The notes below the pieces were generated by a model. It saw nothing but the letters and a program-made list of their open reading frames with translations, did no database searches and was not told the DNA's origin. This document shows, one piece after another, positions 29,177-39,493 of a stretch of DNA of 64,000 nucleotides. This DNA comes from Lentisphaeria bacterium (lineage in GTDB: Bacteria; Verrucomicrobiota; Lentisphaeria; Victivallales; UBA1829): NCBI GenBank assembly GCA_017963105.1, contig JAGCTY010000031.1, positions 794 through 64,793 on the forward strand. Direction: 5' to 3'. Each line of letters starts with the position of its first letter. Position 1 is the first letter of the stretch. The position numbers and the translations under genes were made by a program.

Positions 29177-31150
29177 ATGAACAAAATGTTCTGTTTGCTC
29201 GCTGTCGCCGCGATTGCGCTCTGTTCCATAGCGCTCACGGTCTCCTGCAGGGGCGAAGAGGATCAGCCCTGCCTTCCTCCCGTCGAAGAGAACCCGTTTT
29301 ACAGTCTTTTCGAGGGAGGAAACGAGCCGGACACCGTATCTTTCGAAGGCACTGTTCGCGCAGCCTCACTCATTCCTGACCCCGAAAAGAATGATTATCC
29401 CAACTGCCTCTATGCGCTTTTTGTTGAGCTGGACTCTGTGCTGTCCTCAACACCGCTGAGCAAACGTGTTGCGTATGAAGTGATCGTCAATGTCCCGGTC
29501 ATGAAGGACAAAACGATCCTCGAACAGAACATCTTTCTGCCGGGCGACAGGATTTCCTGCATCTGCGCGGATTATGATGCGATGCCGCAGGCAATCCGGG
29601 AGATCCAGCTTTCCGACGACATCCAGTCGTTCGAACACCAGCAGTATTATGCGCTGAGCATCTGCAAAGTGCAGGATTTCCGGACAACCGGGAACAGGGA
29701 TTTCGCGAAACGGGAGATCACGGTTCTGCCGGTTCAGTCCTGGCCAAAAGATGAAAACGCCGCAAGGATGAGGCGGGACCGTATTCAAAAGGAAATCGCC
29801 CGCATCGAAGAAGAACTGAAAATGCATGGCGGCACCTTCTCCGCCTGGAAAGAAGAATACAAGACGATCGCCGCGAAATACAAAGATCTTCGCGACAAAA
29901 AATACAGGGGTTGGATCGGCGATTCATATTTTGCCGCCGACGGAGAGGAAACGACCTACAACACCAGGGAATACATCGACGGGATACTCCCCTATAAAAA
30001 GTATCTCGAAGAAAACAATATCGACCTCATTCTGGTCCGCATCCCGTCCAAGGGAGATTTCGCCGCGCGCGTCCTGGCGTCGGACGATTTTCAGGAGAAT
30101 CCGGAATGGGTCGAGCACTATTTCGAATGTCTGAAAAACGACATTGAGGTCATCGACCCGATGCCGGAGATGTGGAAACACAGGTTCGATTTCCCCCTGT
30201 TCTATTTCTACACCCTCGAAGCGGAACAGCATCCGTTTGAGGGTCAGGCAGTTATTACGGCTCAAATTCTTTCCGGGGTCCTGAAGCGCTATCGCTATTC
30301 CCGAACGGATCAGCCGATCACTCTTGAGGACGCGGATTTCAAAGCCGATGACGACGATTCCCGGTTCTTCTGGCCGAAAGGCAATAATAAGTTCGATCCC
30401 GCAAAAACCATTGGCTTCAAGCAGACGAATCAGAATGGCCGGCCGATCGGAAATCTTGCGGTCAATACAGGATCTCCATTCCTTTTCCTTTCAAATTCCT
30501 TCTTCTGGTACCCTCAGCGCGAGCTGGGAGCGTCCGTTCCGGGTTACACCGCGTTTTTCCTCCAGCATGTTCCCGATTGGCTTTATCAGGACGGCATCAA
30601 CAATCAGATGATACGGAATCTGGTCTGTTCGCCGGAGATCCTGCAGAAACGGAAGGCGGTCATCATGGTCAAGATGCCTGCCATGTGCAGGGAGGGTTTT
30701 CCCGATCTTCCGAGGTACCTTTCCGAACATGTGGAGGTCATCACCATGGAGAAGTCTCTGGGGTTCCTGGACTCCGGGATCAAGATTCACGACAACGGAT
30801 CTTTCACCTTCAAAAAGGAAAAGGACGGGCTGGTCCATTTTACGCGGAACATGCTCAAATTCCGTGCGGAGAACCAGTTCGGGATCGAGCTGGCGATCCC
30901 GCCGTGCGAGGGGAAAACGACCTGCATGCTGAGAATGAATTTCAAAAAGAACTCTTCTATCTCTCTGAACGTGCTGGACGGCGCCGACGGATCCGTCATT
31001 GATTCCACACGCCTGCCGTCCGGAAAAAATGCCCGTTTCGACTTCTTTATCCCCGTAACGGAATCCGAACGTACGATCAGGATTCAGTTTATCCCGTCGA
31101 ATCCGAAAAGGGATTTTTTCGTCAGGAACCTCGAACTCTGGTATTTCTGA
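29177..31150 (+). CDS. Lipoprotein with a putative AlgX/AlgJ-like SGNH domain
   Basis: Lipobox LTVSC; IDLILVRIPSK, IEVIDP, PLFYF...H and SNSF patterns recall AlgX/AlgJ. Confidence 0.55.
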   Translation: MNKMFCLLAVAAIALCSIALTVSCRGEEDQPCLPPVEENPFYSLFEGGNEPDTVSFEGTVRAASLIPDPEKNDYPNCLYALFVELDSVLSSTPLSKRVAYEVIVNVPVMKDKTILEQNIFLPGDRISCICADYDAMPQAIREIQLSDDIQSFEHQQYYALSICKVQDFRTTGNRDFAKREITVLPVQSWPKDENAARMRRDRIQKEIARIEEELKMHGGTFSAWKEEYKTIAAKYKDLRDKKYRGWIGDSYFAADGEETTYNTREYIDGILPYKKYLEENNIDLILVRIPSKGDFAARVLASDDFQENPEWVEHYFECLKNDIEVIDPMPEMWKHRFDFPLFYFYTLEAEQHPFEGQAVITAQILSGVLKRYRYSRTDQPITLEDADFKADDDDSRFFWPKGNNKFDPAKTIGFKQTNQNGRPIGNLAVNTGSPFLFLSNSFFWYPQRELGASVPGYTAFFLQHVPDWLYQDGINNQMIRNLVCSPEILQKRKAVIMVKMPAMCREGFPDLPRYLSEHVEVITMEKSLGFLDSGIKIHDNGSFTFKKEKDGLVHFTRNMLKFRAENQFGIELAIPPCEGKTTCMLRMNFKKNSSISLNVLDGADGSVIDSTRLPSGKNARFDFFIPVTESERTIRIQFIPSNPKRDFFVRNLELWYF

Positions 31151-31289
31151 GTTCGTCTCGCAAGCAGGCAGCGGTCCAAGAGCAGGTCGTGCTCGACCAT
31201 ACTACGACCTGTCCACGGAAAAGACCGGCCCGCCACGGCAACTCCGGCTCCGCTCCCGCGAAGTCCGGCGGACGGACGGAATCCGCCCG

Positions 31290-33044
31290 TCACTCCTCCT
31301 CGTTTTTCGCCTTGCGGGTCATGAGCTCGTGGACGACTTCGCGCGCGTCGCGTCCGTCGTGGAGCGCGGCGTAGATGCCGTGGATCAGCGGCGTGTCGAC
31401 GTTCCAGCGTTCGGAGAGCGCATAGGCGGCCTCGCAGGTCTTCACGCCTTCGGCAACGACCATGTTCATGGACTTGATGATCTCGTCGAGCTTGCGGCCC
31501 TTGCCCAGCTCCTCGCCGACGAACCGGTTGCGGCTGTGCTTGCTGGTGCAGGTCACGATCAGGTCGCCCACGCCGCTCAGCCCGCTGAACGTCTCCTTCT
31601 TGCCGCCGAGGACCTTGCCCAGGCGGGACATCTCGGCGATGGCGCGCGTCATCATCGCGGCCTTCGAGTTGTCGCCCATGCCGCAGCCGTCCACGATGCC
31701 CGCCGCGATCGCGTAGATGTTCTTCAGCGCGCCGCCCAGCTCCACGCCGACCACGTCGAACGACGTGTACACGCGGAAATACTCGTTCATGAACAGGCGC
31801 TGCACGTATTCCGCGATGTCGCGGTCCTCGCACGCGGTCACGACCAGGGTCGGGATCCGGCGCGCGACTTCCTCCGCGTGGCTCGGCCCGGAGAGCGCCA
31901 CGTAATGCGTCGGACCGAGTTCCTGCCGGCAGAGCTCGCTCATGGTCAGCAGCGAATTCACCTCGATGCCCTTCACGATGTCCACGACGATCTGTGTGTC
32001 GGGGTTCAGGTACGGCTTGAACTTCTGGAGCACGCCGCGGAGATACTGCGACGGCGTCGCGAGCACGACCAGCCGCGCGTCCTTCACCGCGGATTCCATG
32101 TCGGATGTGTATTCCAGGTCCGCCGGGATCGGCACGCCCGGCAGGAATTTCTTATTCTCATGCTCGCGGTTCACGGCGTCGATGTTCTCCTGGAACGCGC
32201 CCCACACTTTCACCTTGTGGCCGTTGGCGTGGAGCGTGAGCGCGAGCGCGGTACCCCAGGCGCCGTCGCCCAGCACGGCGGCGCGGATGGAGGAATCGTC
32301 CCGGAGCGAGGAGAGCGGCATCGGAGCCGCCTTCTTCTTGCGCTCGAACTTATTTTCCGTCCCCGCGCGCAGCCGTTTAATATTCGACGCGTGCTTGGTC
32401 ACGGCGAGCGCGGCGAGCAGGAAGAACAGGATGATCTCCGGCACGGTCGCGTTCGAGAGACCCGCGGCGCGGTAGACCACGCAGAAGACCGCAATCGACA
32501 CGGCCGCCGCGATGCTCGCCAGCGACACGTAGCGCGAGGCGAAGAACACGATCACCCACACGGCCCCGGCGGAGAGCAGCGACAGCGGGTTCAGCGCCAG
32601 GATCGCGCCCGCGGCCGTCGAGACGCCCTTCCCGCCCTTGAAATTCAGGTACACCGGCCAGATGTGCCCGCAGACCGCCGCGAACGCCGCCACGCAGGCC
32701 AGCAGCCCGCCCGGGTCCGGCAGGCACGGTTCCATCTTCAGCCATTCGGGCAGGTGCTCCACCACGAACTGCGAGGATTCGCGCGTGGAGAGCATGGATG
32801 CGGCGATCACGGGGACTGCGCCTTTCAGGAAGTCGAGGAAGAAGCAGAGGCGTCCCCAGCCTTTGCCGAGCACGCGCGTCACGTTCGTGGCGCCGATGTT
32901 GCCGCTGCCGTGCTTGCGGATGTCGATGCCCTTGATCAGCTTGCCGAGGAGGAAGCCGAACGGGACGGCTCCGACAAGGTAGGATCCGAGCGCGATCACG
33001 GTGATGGAGACGCCGATGCCGACGGGAGTATTGGGAATCGTCAT
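31290..33044 (-). CDS. plsY-gpsA: Fused PlsY acyltransferase and GpsA NAD(P)H-dependent glycerol-3-phosphate dehydrogenase
   Basis: PlsY motifs GSGNIGATN, GHIWP, FKGGKGV and H.SNI.RL..G.E are in frame with GpsA motifs GDGAWGTALA, SGPSHAEEV, GGALKN and GDLIVTC..SRN. Confidence 0.93.
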   Translation of the reverse strand: MTIPNTPVGIGVSITVIALGSYLVGAVPFGFLLGKLIKGIDIRKHGSGNIGATNVTRVLGKGWGRLCFFLDFLKGAVPVIAASMLSTRESSQFVVEHLPEWLKMEPCLPDPGGLLACVAAFAAVCGHIWPVYLNFKGGKGVSTAAGAILALNPLSLLSAGAVWVIVFFASRYVSLASIAAAVSIAVFCVVYRAAGLSNATVPEIILFFLLAALAVTKHASNIKRLRAGTENKFERKKKAAPMPLSSLRDDSSIRAAVLGDGAWGTALALTLHANGHKVKVWGAFQENIDAVNREHENKKFLPGVPIPADLEYTSDMESAVKDARLVVLATPSQYLRGVLQKFKPYLNPDTQIVVDIVKGIEVNSLLTMSELCRQELGPTHYVALSGPSHAEEVARRIPTLVVTACEDRDIAEYVQRLFMNEYFRVYTSFDVVGVELGGALKNIYAIAAGIVDGCGMGDNSKAAMMTRAIAEMSRLGKVLGGKKETFSGLSGVGDLIVTCTSKHSRNRFVGEELGKGRKLDEIIKSMNMVVAEGVKTCEAAYALSERWNVDTPLIHGIYAALHDGRDAREVVHELMTRKAKNEEE

Positions 33045-33144
33045 ATGATCTCTTTGCTTTTTTACGCGGGATGTGATATATTAAAGGATAACATTCAATT
33101 TAACTTCATTTGCATCCTTTTTCAAGCGAGGAGGTCTTTTTTCT

Positions 33145-34275
33145 ATGGAAAAAATCACGCAGGCACGCCTGATCGCCGCCACCACCGCCGAATCCGCGGA
33201 CCTCGTCTACGGCTCCGGGTTCTTCGCCCCCGACGAGTTCATCTACGCCGAAATCAACGGCAAACGCTATGTTTTCGTATCCGTGCTGGAGATCGCGCGA
33301 GCCCGCCGCGAAGTGCGCCCCGGCATCGAGGTGGTCGACTTCGCCGACGTCCTGAAGCAGGCTCCGCAGGACTGCAAGCGCTGCCTCGTGGCCGCCATCA
33401 GCAAGGTCTACGGCGTGACCCGCTGGCAGGTGCCCGAACGCTTCCCGCTCATCTTCGCGACAAAGCTCCGCGCCGCCGGAATCGAGGTCGAAATGGCCGA
33501 CGGACCGTTCTTCCCCGAACGCGCCGTGAAGCGCCCGGACGAGATCGAAAAGCTCCGCGCCGCCGAGGCCGCCACGCAGGAAGCCCAGCTCCAGGTGCGC
33601 GATTTCATCGCCGAATCCACGGTCAATTCGCAGGGCTTCCTCGAATGGCACGGCAAGGTCCTGACCTGCGACTTCATCCGCGCCGAGGTCGAGGCCGAGT
33701 TCAAGCGCAAATCCTACTCCGCCGTCGGCACCATCATCTCCTGCGGCCCCGACTCCGCCCTGCCCCACTGCATCGGCAGCGGCCCCATCAAGGCCGGCGC
33801 GCCCGTCGTCTCCGACATCTTCCCGCGCAGCGACATCAACGGCTACTGGGGCGACATGACCCGCACGTTCGTGAAGGGCAAGGCCAGCAAGCGCCTCTTC
33901 GAGATGTACAAGGCAGTCCGCTACGTGAACGAAGCCGTCGAGGCGCAGCTGAAACCCGGCGTCCCGTGCAGCCTCATGCAGGATTTCTGCATCAAGTCGC
34001 TCGCCGAGGCCGGATTCAAGACCGGCGTCGACGACGAGGGCTACCCCTGCGGATACTTCCACGGGCTCGGACACAGCGTCGGGCTGGAAATCCACGAACA
34101 GCCCAGGTTTTCCGCGCGTAATTTCGAGCTGCTCCAGCCCGGAAACGTCATCACGGTCGAACCCGGCCTGTACTACCACGACATCGGCGGCGTCCGCATC
34201 GAGGACCTCGTGCTCATCACCGAAACCGGCATCGAAAACTTCTGCTCCATGCCGAAGGACATCGAAGTCCCGTAA
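33145..34275 (+). CDS. Xaa-Pro aminopeptidase (M24B)
   Basis: [33 protein letters not shown]. Confidence 0.93.
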   Translation: MEKITQARLIAATTAESADLVYGSGFFAPDEFIYAEINGKRYVFVSVLEIARARREVRPGIEVVDFADVLKQAPQDCKRCLVAAISKVYGVTRWQVPERFPLIFATKLRAAGIEVEMADGPFFPERAVKRPDEIEKLRAAEAATQEAQLQVRDFIAESTVNSQGFLEWHGKVLTCDFIRAEVEAEFKRKSYSAVGTIISCGPDSALPHCIGSGPIKAGAPVVSDIFPRSDINGYWGDMTRTFVKGKASKRLFEMYKAVRYVNEAVEAQLKPGVPCSLMQDFCIKSLAEAGFKTGVDDEGYPCGYFHGLGHSVGLEIHEQPRFSARNFELLQPGNVITVEPGLYYHDIGGVRIEDLVLITETGIENFCSMPKDIEVP

Positions 34276-34302
34276 AAAACGCGCCGGAGACCGCGCCCGC
34301 GA

Positions 34303-34650
34303 TCAATCGAGGATCGACCTGTCGAGCAGAAAATCCGTCAGTCCGATGTGCAGGACTCCGGTTTCATCGTACCAGCGTTTGCCGATGTCCCGGCGGACGA
34401 TGATCTTCGGGAATGAATCGCCAGTCAGAGCAAACGGTCTGAGTTCGGACTCCTGCTTGGCATCCGTCGGCATCGCAAAGGCCGATTGGATGTAGAACTT
34501 CCGGTTGCCTTTGGACGCGATGAAGTCGATTTCGCGCCGGACCCGCACGCCACGTAGTAAAACTCCGAAAAGGAGAGCGGATGGATTCTGATCTCATCGC
34601 CGCACCCCAGGAATTCGGTCAGGATATCGCTGGAAAGCATGTCAAGCACA
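34303..34650 (-). pseudogene. Internally deleted remnant of an AAA_14/DUF4143 ATPase
   Basis: The fragment LSSDILTEF.G.GDEIRIHPLSFSEF is joined out of frame to the C-terminal EIDFIA...YIQSAF...DSFPKIIV...GL.DFLL; most of the gene is absent. Confidence 0.75.
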
Positions 34651-34756
34651 TTTCATTGAAAAGTTGCCTTGTTTGATGCCGTACTTTTCAATGAAACCGC
34701 TGCGGTTCTGCCCGTTGATAAGCTCGCATCATTGAAAAGTTGCCTTGTTTGATGCC
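34651..34756. repeat. 28-bp direct repeat with an overlapping 14-bp inverted repeat
   Basis: TCATTGAAAAGTTGCCTTGTTTGATGCC at 34653 and 34729; TTTCATTGAAAAGT (34651) pairs with ACTTTTCAATGAAA (34683). Confidence 0.85.
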
Positions 34757-35201
34757 AAAGTTATCAGCGGAATCGTCTTATCTCCTGTTTTCTGCATCCA
34801 CTGTGCCCGCCTGTCCGGATCATTCGCCGCGTTTTTTTCGTTTTTGAGGCACGGGAAACAGAATTCTTTTCCACGAACATTTTTTCGCTTGCATTCTTCC
34901 GAAAACGTGGTATTATATAGTCGAAACGCATTCATATCCGCGAATCCATGCTCGAACGAACGGAAAATGTCCCGTATCCGCCGAACAAAGGACGGGGATC
35001 GCACGGACAGGCAGCGTCGGGAAAGAAAACAGACCGGGGACGGAGCCGAACCGTCCGCTCGCCGGTTCGGACGCACAGACCGGGTCCGGGCGGAAGACGC
35101 AGGAAACGGGTTGACGTTTTGACCGGATCCGTTCCATCGTGCAAACACGGCTCCCCCGGCCGGGGAAGAAGTCCACACCAAGATTGCAGAAAGGATAAGA
35201 A

Positions 35202-36581
35202 ATGAAAAAACTTCCGGAAATCTTCTGGGAAAGCGGCATCGAGGATCAGTATGATACCAACGCCTACGCTTTCCGCATCTGCTCCTTTGTCATTCTTTTT
35301 GTGGTGATGAAATGGCGCTTTTCCTACGGCGCGGACCTTTCCGCGGCATGTGCCGCCGCGGGCTCGTCCCTCATCTTCAGTCTCTACATCAACAAGACCC
35401 ACAGCATAGCCACTGCGATCGTGTTCGCCGCGGCATCCATCCTGTACTATTTCCGGATAGGGCCCATGCTGGAAGCCATGACATCCATGTCCCACCTCAA
35501 TCCGATCGGCCACCCGGGGTTTGGCCATTTCCTGTCCTGGCTGGTGATCCTCGCGGGCATTCATCTGGCTTCGTTTCTGGTCTGTCTGCCTTTCTTCAAG
35601 GGGCAGCTGCCGCGGGAGCTCCATCATGCCGCCCTGATCTGCATTCTTACGCTGGAACACACCTGTATTTACCTCCTGTTTTCGCTGGTCGTGCTCATCG
35701 TCTGCTGGTTTCTGGGGGTTGCGGAACTGGCCTTTCTTCTTGCCTTCATCGTCTGCATGATCCTGGGCATCAGGGAGGCGACGGAGGAGGCGGCGAATAT
35801 TTCATGGGATTTTTTTGTGGCAAGAAATAACGTTTTTTCCTTCATGTGGCTCACGAAGCAGGCGCAGCAGGAGCTTGACATGGCGCTGGAGGAGGTACCG
35901 GACCTGTCGCCCCTCAAGGAGAATGGAATGCTGAACACGGAAGTCGCAAGAGGCGTCTCTCTGCCGCAAAGAAGGCTCGCGCAGTATTACGCCATGTGTC
36001 CCGGCGTCATGCGGAACGCGCAGCAGTGCATCCGGTGGTGCAAAGCCACGCTCGAATATCTGGAAGGAGGGTCATCGGACGCGATCCTTCACAACAAACT
36101 GAATTCCTACAGGGATTATTATATCGCCCACATGCTGCTCTATATCGTCTATTCGAGCAGCGGGAAATACAAATCCGAGACCGAAGCCCAGAAGCATTGG
36201 GCGCTGTTCAGTCAGAGCAAGCTCAGTGTTTCCGATTTCTACGCCTACGCGACTTCCGAGAAAACAATGGCCGACGTCATCCAGATGGCGGGGAAGGAAT
36301 GGAGCGACCCGAACAGCCCGTTCGAGGATCACGGACCGCTGCGTTTCTTCGGCCTCCCGCGTAAAAAGCTCATCAGAATCGCGCAAACGGAGCCGGACGC
36401 CTATCTGTCGCTATACTACTATTATCTGGCCTATGCCAGCTTTACGATTGACGAACAGGAGAAAAGCGAATTGAAAAACCAGGCCGCAGCCTTCCTGATG
36501 GAAGGCGTGAACCGGAACAGTCCCGCCTGCGTGTCATTCCATAATAGCCCGGATTACGCTTTGAGCCTGAAAAACGCTTGA
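35202..36581 (+). CDS. Hypothetical membrane protein (multi-TM N-terminus, helical soluble C-terminus)
   Basis: 459-aa ORF with a hydrophobic N-terminal half. Confidence 0.7.
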   Translation: MKKLPEIFWESGIEDQYDTNAYAFRICSFVILFVVMKWRFSYGADLSAACAAAGSSLIFSLYINKTHSIATAIVFAAASILYYFRIGPMLEAMTSMSHLNPIGHPGFGHFLSWLVILAGIHLASFLVCLPFFKGQLPRELHHAALICILTLEHTCIYLLFSLVVLIVCWFLGVAELAFLLAFIVCMILGIREATEEAANISWDFFVARNNVFSFMWLTKQAQQELDMALEEVPDLSPLKENGMLNTEVARGVSLPQRRLAQYYAMCPGVMRNAQQCIRWCKATLEYLEGGSSDAILHNKLNSYRDYYIAHMLLYIVYSSSGKYKSETEAQKHWALFSQSKLSVSDFYAYATSEKTMADVIQMAGKEWSDPNSPFEDHGPLRFFGLPRKKLIRIAQTEPDAYLSLYYYYLAYASFTIDEQEKSELKNQAAAFLMEGVNRNSPACVSFHNSPDYALSLKNA

Positions 36582-36601
36582 GAACAATCAGAGAGCCAAC
36601 C

Positions 36602-37720
36602 ATGAAATTCGTTCGTTTCGGGTCGCTGACGCCGCAGAAGCAGATGCACTACAAGGAGCCGAAAACAGGCATGTGGCCCTGCTGTCCGCCGTGCAAGAAG
36701 GGGTTTTTCGCCTTCCCGGCGGGATACATGGACACGTTTTACCTGCCGTTGAGCCGTCCGCCGGAGGACCCGCATTCCCTGAAGCAGTACTTCCGCGATG
36801 AAAACGGCGAGAAAATCACAAAAAAAGCCTTTTATCGCAAAAACACCGAGGCTGCCGAACGCATCGCAAACTATGCGGAGGAACTGAAGTTCAGCAACTG
36901 GGGGCGGAATCTGAAACTGCCGAAGGGGGACAATGACTGGTTCTTTCGTATGGTAGCGAGGGATAAGCTGTACCCGAACGGAGAAGACGAGCCGACCGTC
37001 GCCCCGGGAATCCAGGCGCTGCTGAAGAAAAGGAAACTGAAAGAGTACCAGATCTTATGGGTCCAGCGGCCGTCCTACATCATGTACTTCCCCGATCCGA
37101 AAAAGGACCTGACGTTCTACGGACTCGGCACGGATCGGGAAGACCGGACCCGTCTGAGCCAGCCGCTGGAATTCCTGATCGATCCCTTCGGTAAGAAAAT
37201 CGAGCCAGACAATTACATTAATTCCGATTATTATGAGGGGGCTTTCCCGAGCCTTTTCGAGGGCGGATTTCGTGCGCCCGACCCGAAAAAGGATTACATG
37301 TCCCATTCCAGCGTTTATTTCCCGGACAAAAAGAGCGTCCCGTTTCTCAAGTGGCTGAAGATGAAGCATATTTCCCCGGATCAGCTTTGCGTCTGGCCGT
37401 GTTATCCCGAGGAAGAGGACGAATTCGCCACCACGCTGAAAAAATACCATGTCTTCGACTATGACGGATGCCTCTGGCATCATCTCGGCGAGCTTCTGAA
37501 ACCATCCGAGATCCTTTCCCGGTTCGCGGACACCTGGGTCTACACGGACATGCACGCCTATGAACGCGCGCTCAAGAAATCCAACGGCACCGCTTACCAG
37601 AGGAACATGAAGTACCAGCGGAATATGACGCGCCCCGGGTATTTCGGCACACAGACCTGGAACGGGACATTCGACCTGTCCACCATGTACGAAGTCTTCT
37701 TCGACGTAAAATTCCACTGA
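36602..37720 (+). CDS. Hypothetical cytoplasmic protein
   Basis: Long ORF with probable start MKFVRFGSL; PP..KGFFAFP and F.Y.G.LWHHL motifs; function not recognised. Confidence 0.7.
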   Translation: MKFVRFGSLTPQKQMHYKEPKTGMWPCCPPCKKGFFAFPAGYMDTFYLPLSRPPEDPHSLKQYFRDENGEKITKKAFYRKNTEAAERIANYAEELKFSNWGRNLKLPKGDNDWFFRMVARDKLYPNGEDEPTVAPGIQALLKKRKLKEYQILWVQRPSYIMYFPDPKKDLTFYGLGTDREDRTRLSQPLEFLIDPFGKKIEPDNYINSDYYEGAFPSLFEGGFRAPDPKKDYMSHSSVYFPDKKSVPFLKWLKMKHISPDQLCVWPCYPEEEDEFATTLKKYHVFDYDGCLWHHLGELLKPSEILSRFADTWVYTDMHAYERALKKSNGTAYQRNMKYQRNMTRPGYFGTQTWNGTFDLSTMYEVFFDVKFH

Positions 37721-37984
37721 TCCCGGAACGGACGTCCTCATATGAGGCACGATCCGCCGCTGTGAGGCACCGGTCCGCACCGTCCTGTCTATCTGTCCTA
37801 TTTTGCCCTGTCTCGCCTCTGCCGCGCCCGCGCCTGCCCGGAGCATCCCTGTTCATCGCGAAAGTCAAGTTCGTCGACCACGGCCGCGCCCATGCCGGCG
37901 TGAATCATTCGCACGTTTTTCTTGTCATTTCGAGGCGGGGGAGGCAGAAAGTTAAAAGTTTTTTTGCAGAGGCTTTTTTTCCGC

Positions 37985-38012
37985 TTGCATTTTTATGAAT
38001 CCGTGATATGGT
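37985..38012 (+). promoter_or_regulatory. Putative promoter at the head of the cassette array
   Basis: TTGCAT, 16 bp, TATGGT in an AT-rich tract upstream of 38090. Confidence 0.4.
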
Positions 38013-38089
38013 ATAGGATTGAAACGGCTGATGTTCTTGAATGCGCCGTACGGTTCCCTCGATCTTGAAACACCCCTGGAGAACTTGCC

Positions 38090-39433
38090 ATGAAAAAGAA
38101 AACTGTCTGGATTACCGCCGCGATCCTATGCCTTGTCGCCGTCATTTTTGTGCTGGTGCAGGTATACAGATCGATCCTCATCGAAGGGACGATCACGGAC
38201 GATCAGGGAAACGCCATGAACGGGGTTTCCGCCTATGTGACCTTTTCGCGCAAAAAAGCGGGATGGTACAGTGGGACAAAAGAACTCGAGGAGACCGTCG
38301 ATTCCTCCTTCCGTTTCGAGGGGAAAGGCGACGCTGTCTTCGTCGTTTTCGCCAAAAAAGGATACGCTCCGGGGCAAATCCAGCTTGACCGCGGGCGCGG
38401 CAGCCAAGTGCTCCGGCGCGACCTCCGCATCGTCATGAAGGAATTGACGCCGGAAGAACTGGAAAAACGTTTTTTCAGGACGATCTACGAATGGAGTCAA
38501 CTTGATGTCTACATCGACGCAGGGGAAAAAATGCCCACGACCGAGGACCAGCTTGAGCGTTTGCGCAAGTATTTCGGGCTGGAAAAAAGCGATATGACGG
38601 ATCTTTTCGTGAAAGCGATTCGGGAAGGCGTCGATACCGGCGAGGAGATCCTCGCCGAAGTTCATTTCGTCGACGATGAGGACAAGGAATACCTGATTGG
38701 CCCTCCGGACGATCTTTCCGGGATCGAAACGAAATCGGAGAAAAGGTCGCTCAGAGAACGGTATTTCTCTGCAATGCGTTATCTTCAGTATTATCCGCCG
38801 CCTCAGCAGCAGTTTTTGGAATTGATCCGGAAAGCAGTCGAACTGGAGCCGGAGTCCGCGGACACGCTCATTCTCTCTTATACGAAGGCGTACCCGGATT
38901 GGGTGTTCGATGACGGAACGATCCTTGAATTGACCTGCAAAAGCGACATGGAAGAGTTTAATCTTCGCGAGGCCGGCTCCGATTTAAGGGTTCAAGTTCG
39001 TCAGGAAAACGACGAGGCACGCAGGAAAAAGCTTCTTGACAAGGCTTTCGAATGGGCATTCCAGGACGACAAGGTCGAAATCTTTCATTATTTGGATAGG
39101 CTTTTGCTTGACCACTACGATAAGGATTACGCAACGAATCCCGGACGAAAGCTCCAGTTGGAAAAGGATTTGAAGCGTCATGAGGAAGCGGAGATTTATG
39201 ACTGGGTTTACCGCCGGACAAAATACGCTCTGGAACATTTCGACGAGGGAGATGAAGCGCTTGAAATGTTATACAAGTTGGATACAGATCCCAAAAGGTG
39301 GGATGGTGAGTGGGAACGTTCCGAGCGTAAAAGACGGATAAGAGAGAGTATAGAAGAGTGGAAGAAGGAGGGAAACGATCCGTCGTATATTTTTTCTGAA
39401 GATTTTCTCGAACGAATATACAAAGATGAATAG
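38090..39433 (+). CDS. Cassette 1: exported protein (beta-sandwich module A plus helical module B)
   Basis: Signal MKKKTVWITAAILC; IEGTITDDQG..TVDSSF..KKGY module; C-terminal half paralogous to 48159-49286. Confidence 0.8.
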   Translation: MKKKTVWITAAILCLVAVIFVLVQVYRSILIEGTITDDQGNAMNGVSAYVTFSRKKAGWYSGTKELEETVDSSFRFEGKGDAVFVVFAKKGYAPGQIQLDRGRGSQVLRRDLRIVMKELTPEELEKRFFRTIYEWSQLDVYIDAGEKMPTTEDQLERLRKYFGLEKSDMTDLFVKAIREGVDTGEEILAEVHFVDDEDKEYLIGPPDDLSGIETKSEKRSLRERYFSAMRYLQYYPPPQQQFLELIRKAVELEPESADTLILSYTKAYPDWVFDDGTILELTCKSDMEEFNLREAGSDLRVQVRQENDEARRKKLLDKAFEWAFQDDKVEIFHYLDRLLLDHYDKDYATNPGRKLQLEKDLKRHEEAEIYDWVYRRTKYALEHFDEGDEALEMLYKLDTDPKRWDGEWERSERKRRIRESIEEWKKEGNDPSYIFSEDFLERIYKDE

Positions 39434-39444
39434 ACTCCTTCTTT

Positions 39445-39483
39445 CCTCACCATCCCCGGCCGACTAACCCCGACACCACGGAG
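39445..39483 (+). repeat. Array repeat copy 1
   Basis: CCTCACCATCCCCGGCCGACTAACCCCGACACCACGGAG; similarity to other copies continues to about 39534. Confidence 0.95.
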
Positions 39484-39493
39484 AAAAATCAAT

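Noticed and set aside
34920-35201. Long leader between a putative promoter (~34889-34916) and ATG 35202 as an ncRNA or riboswitch
   Set aside because: No recognisable family motif or terminator; an Rfam search would be needed.
38790-38812. YPPPQQ in cassette 1 resembling YPPQQ of the 25.8-27.8 kb paralogs
   Set aside because: The match is only a few residues and the surrounding sequence is unrelated.
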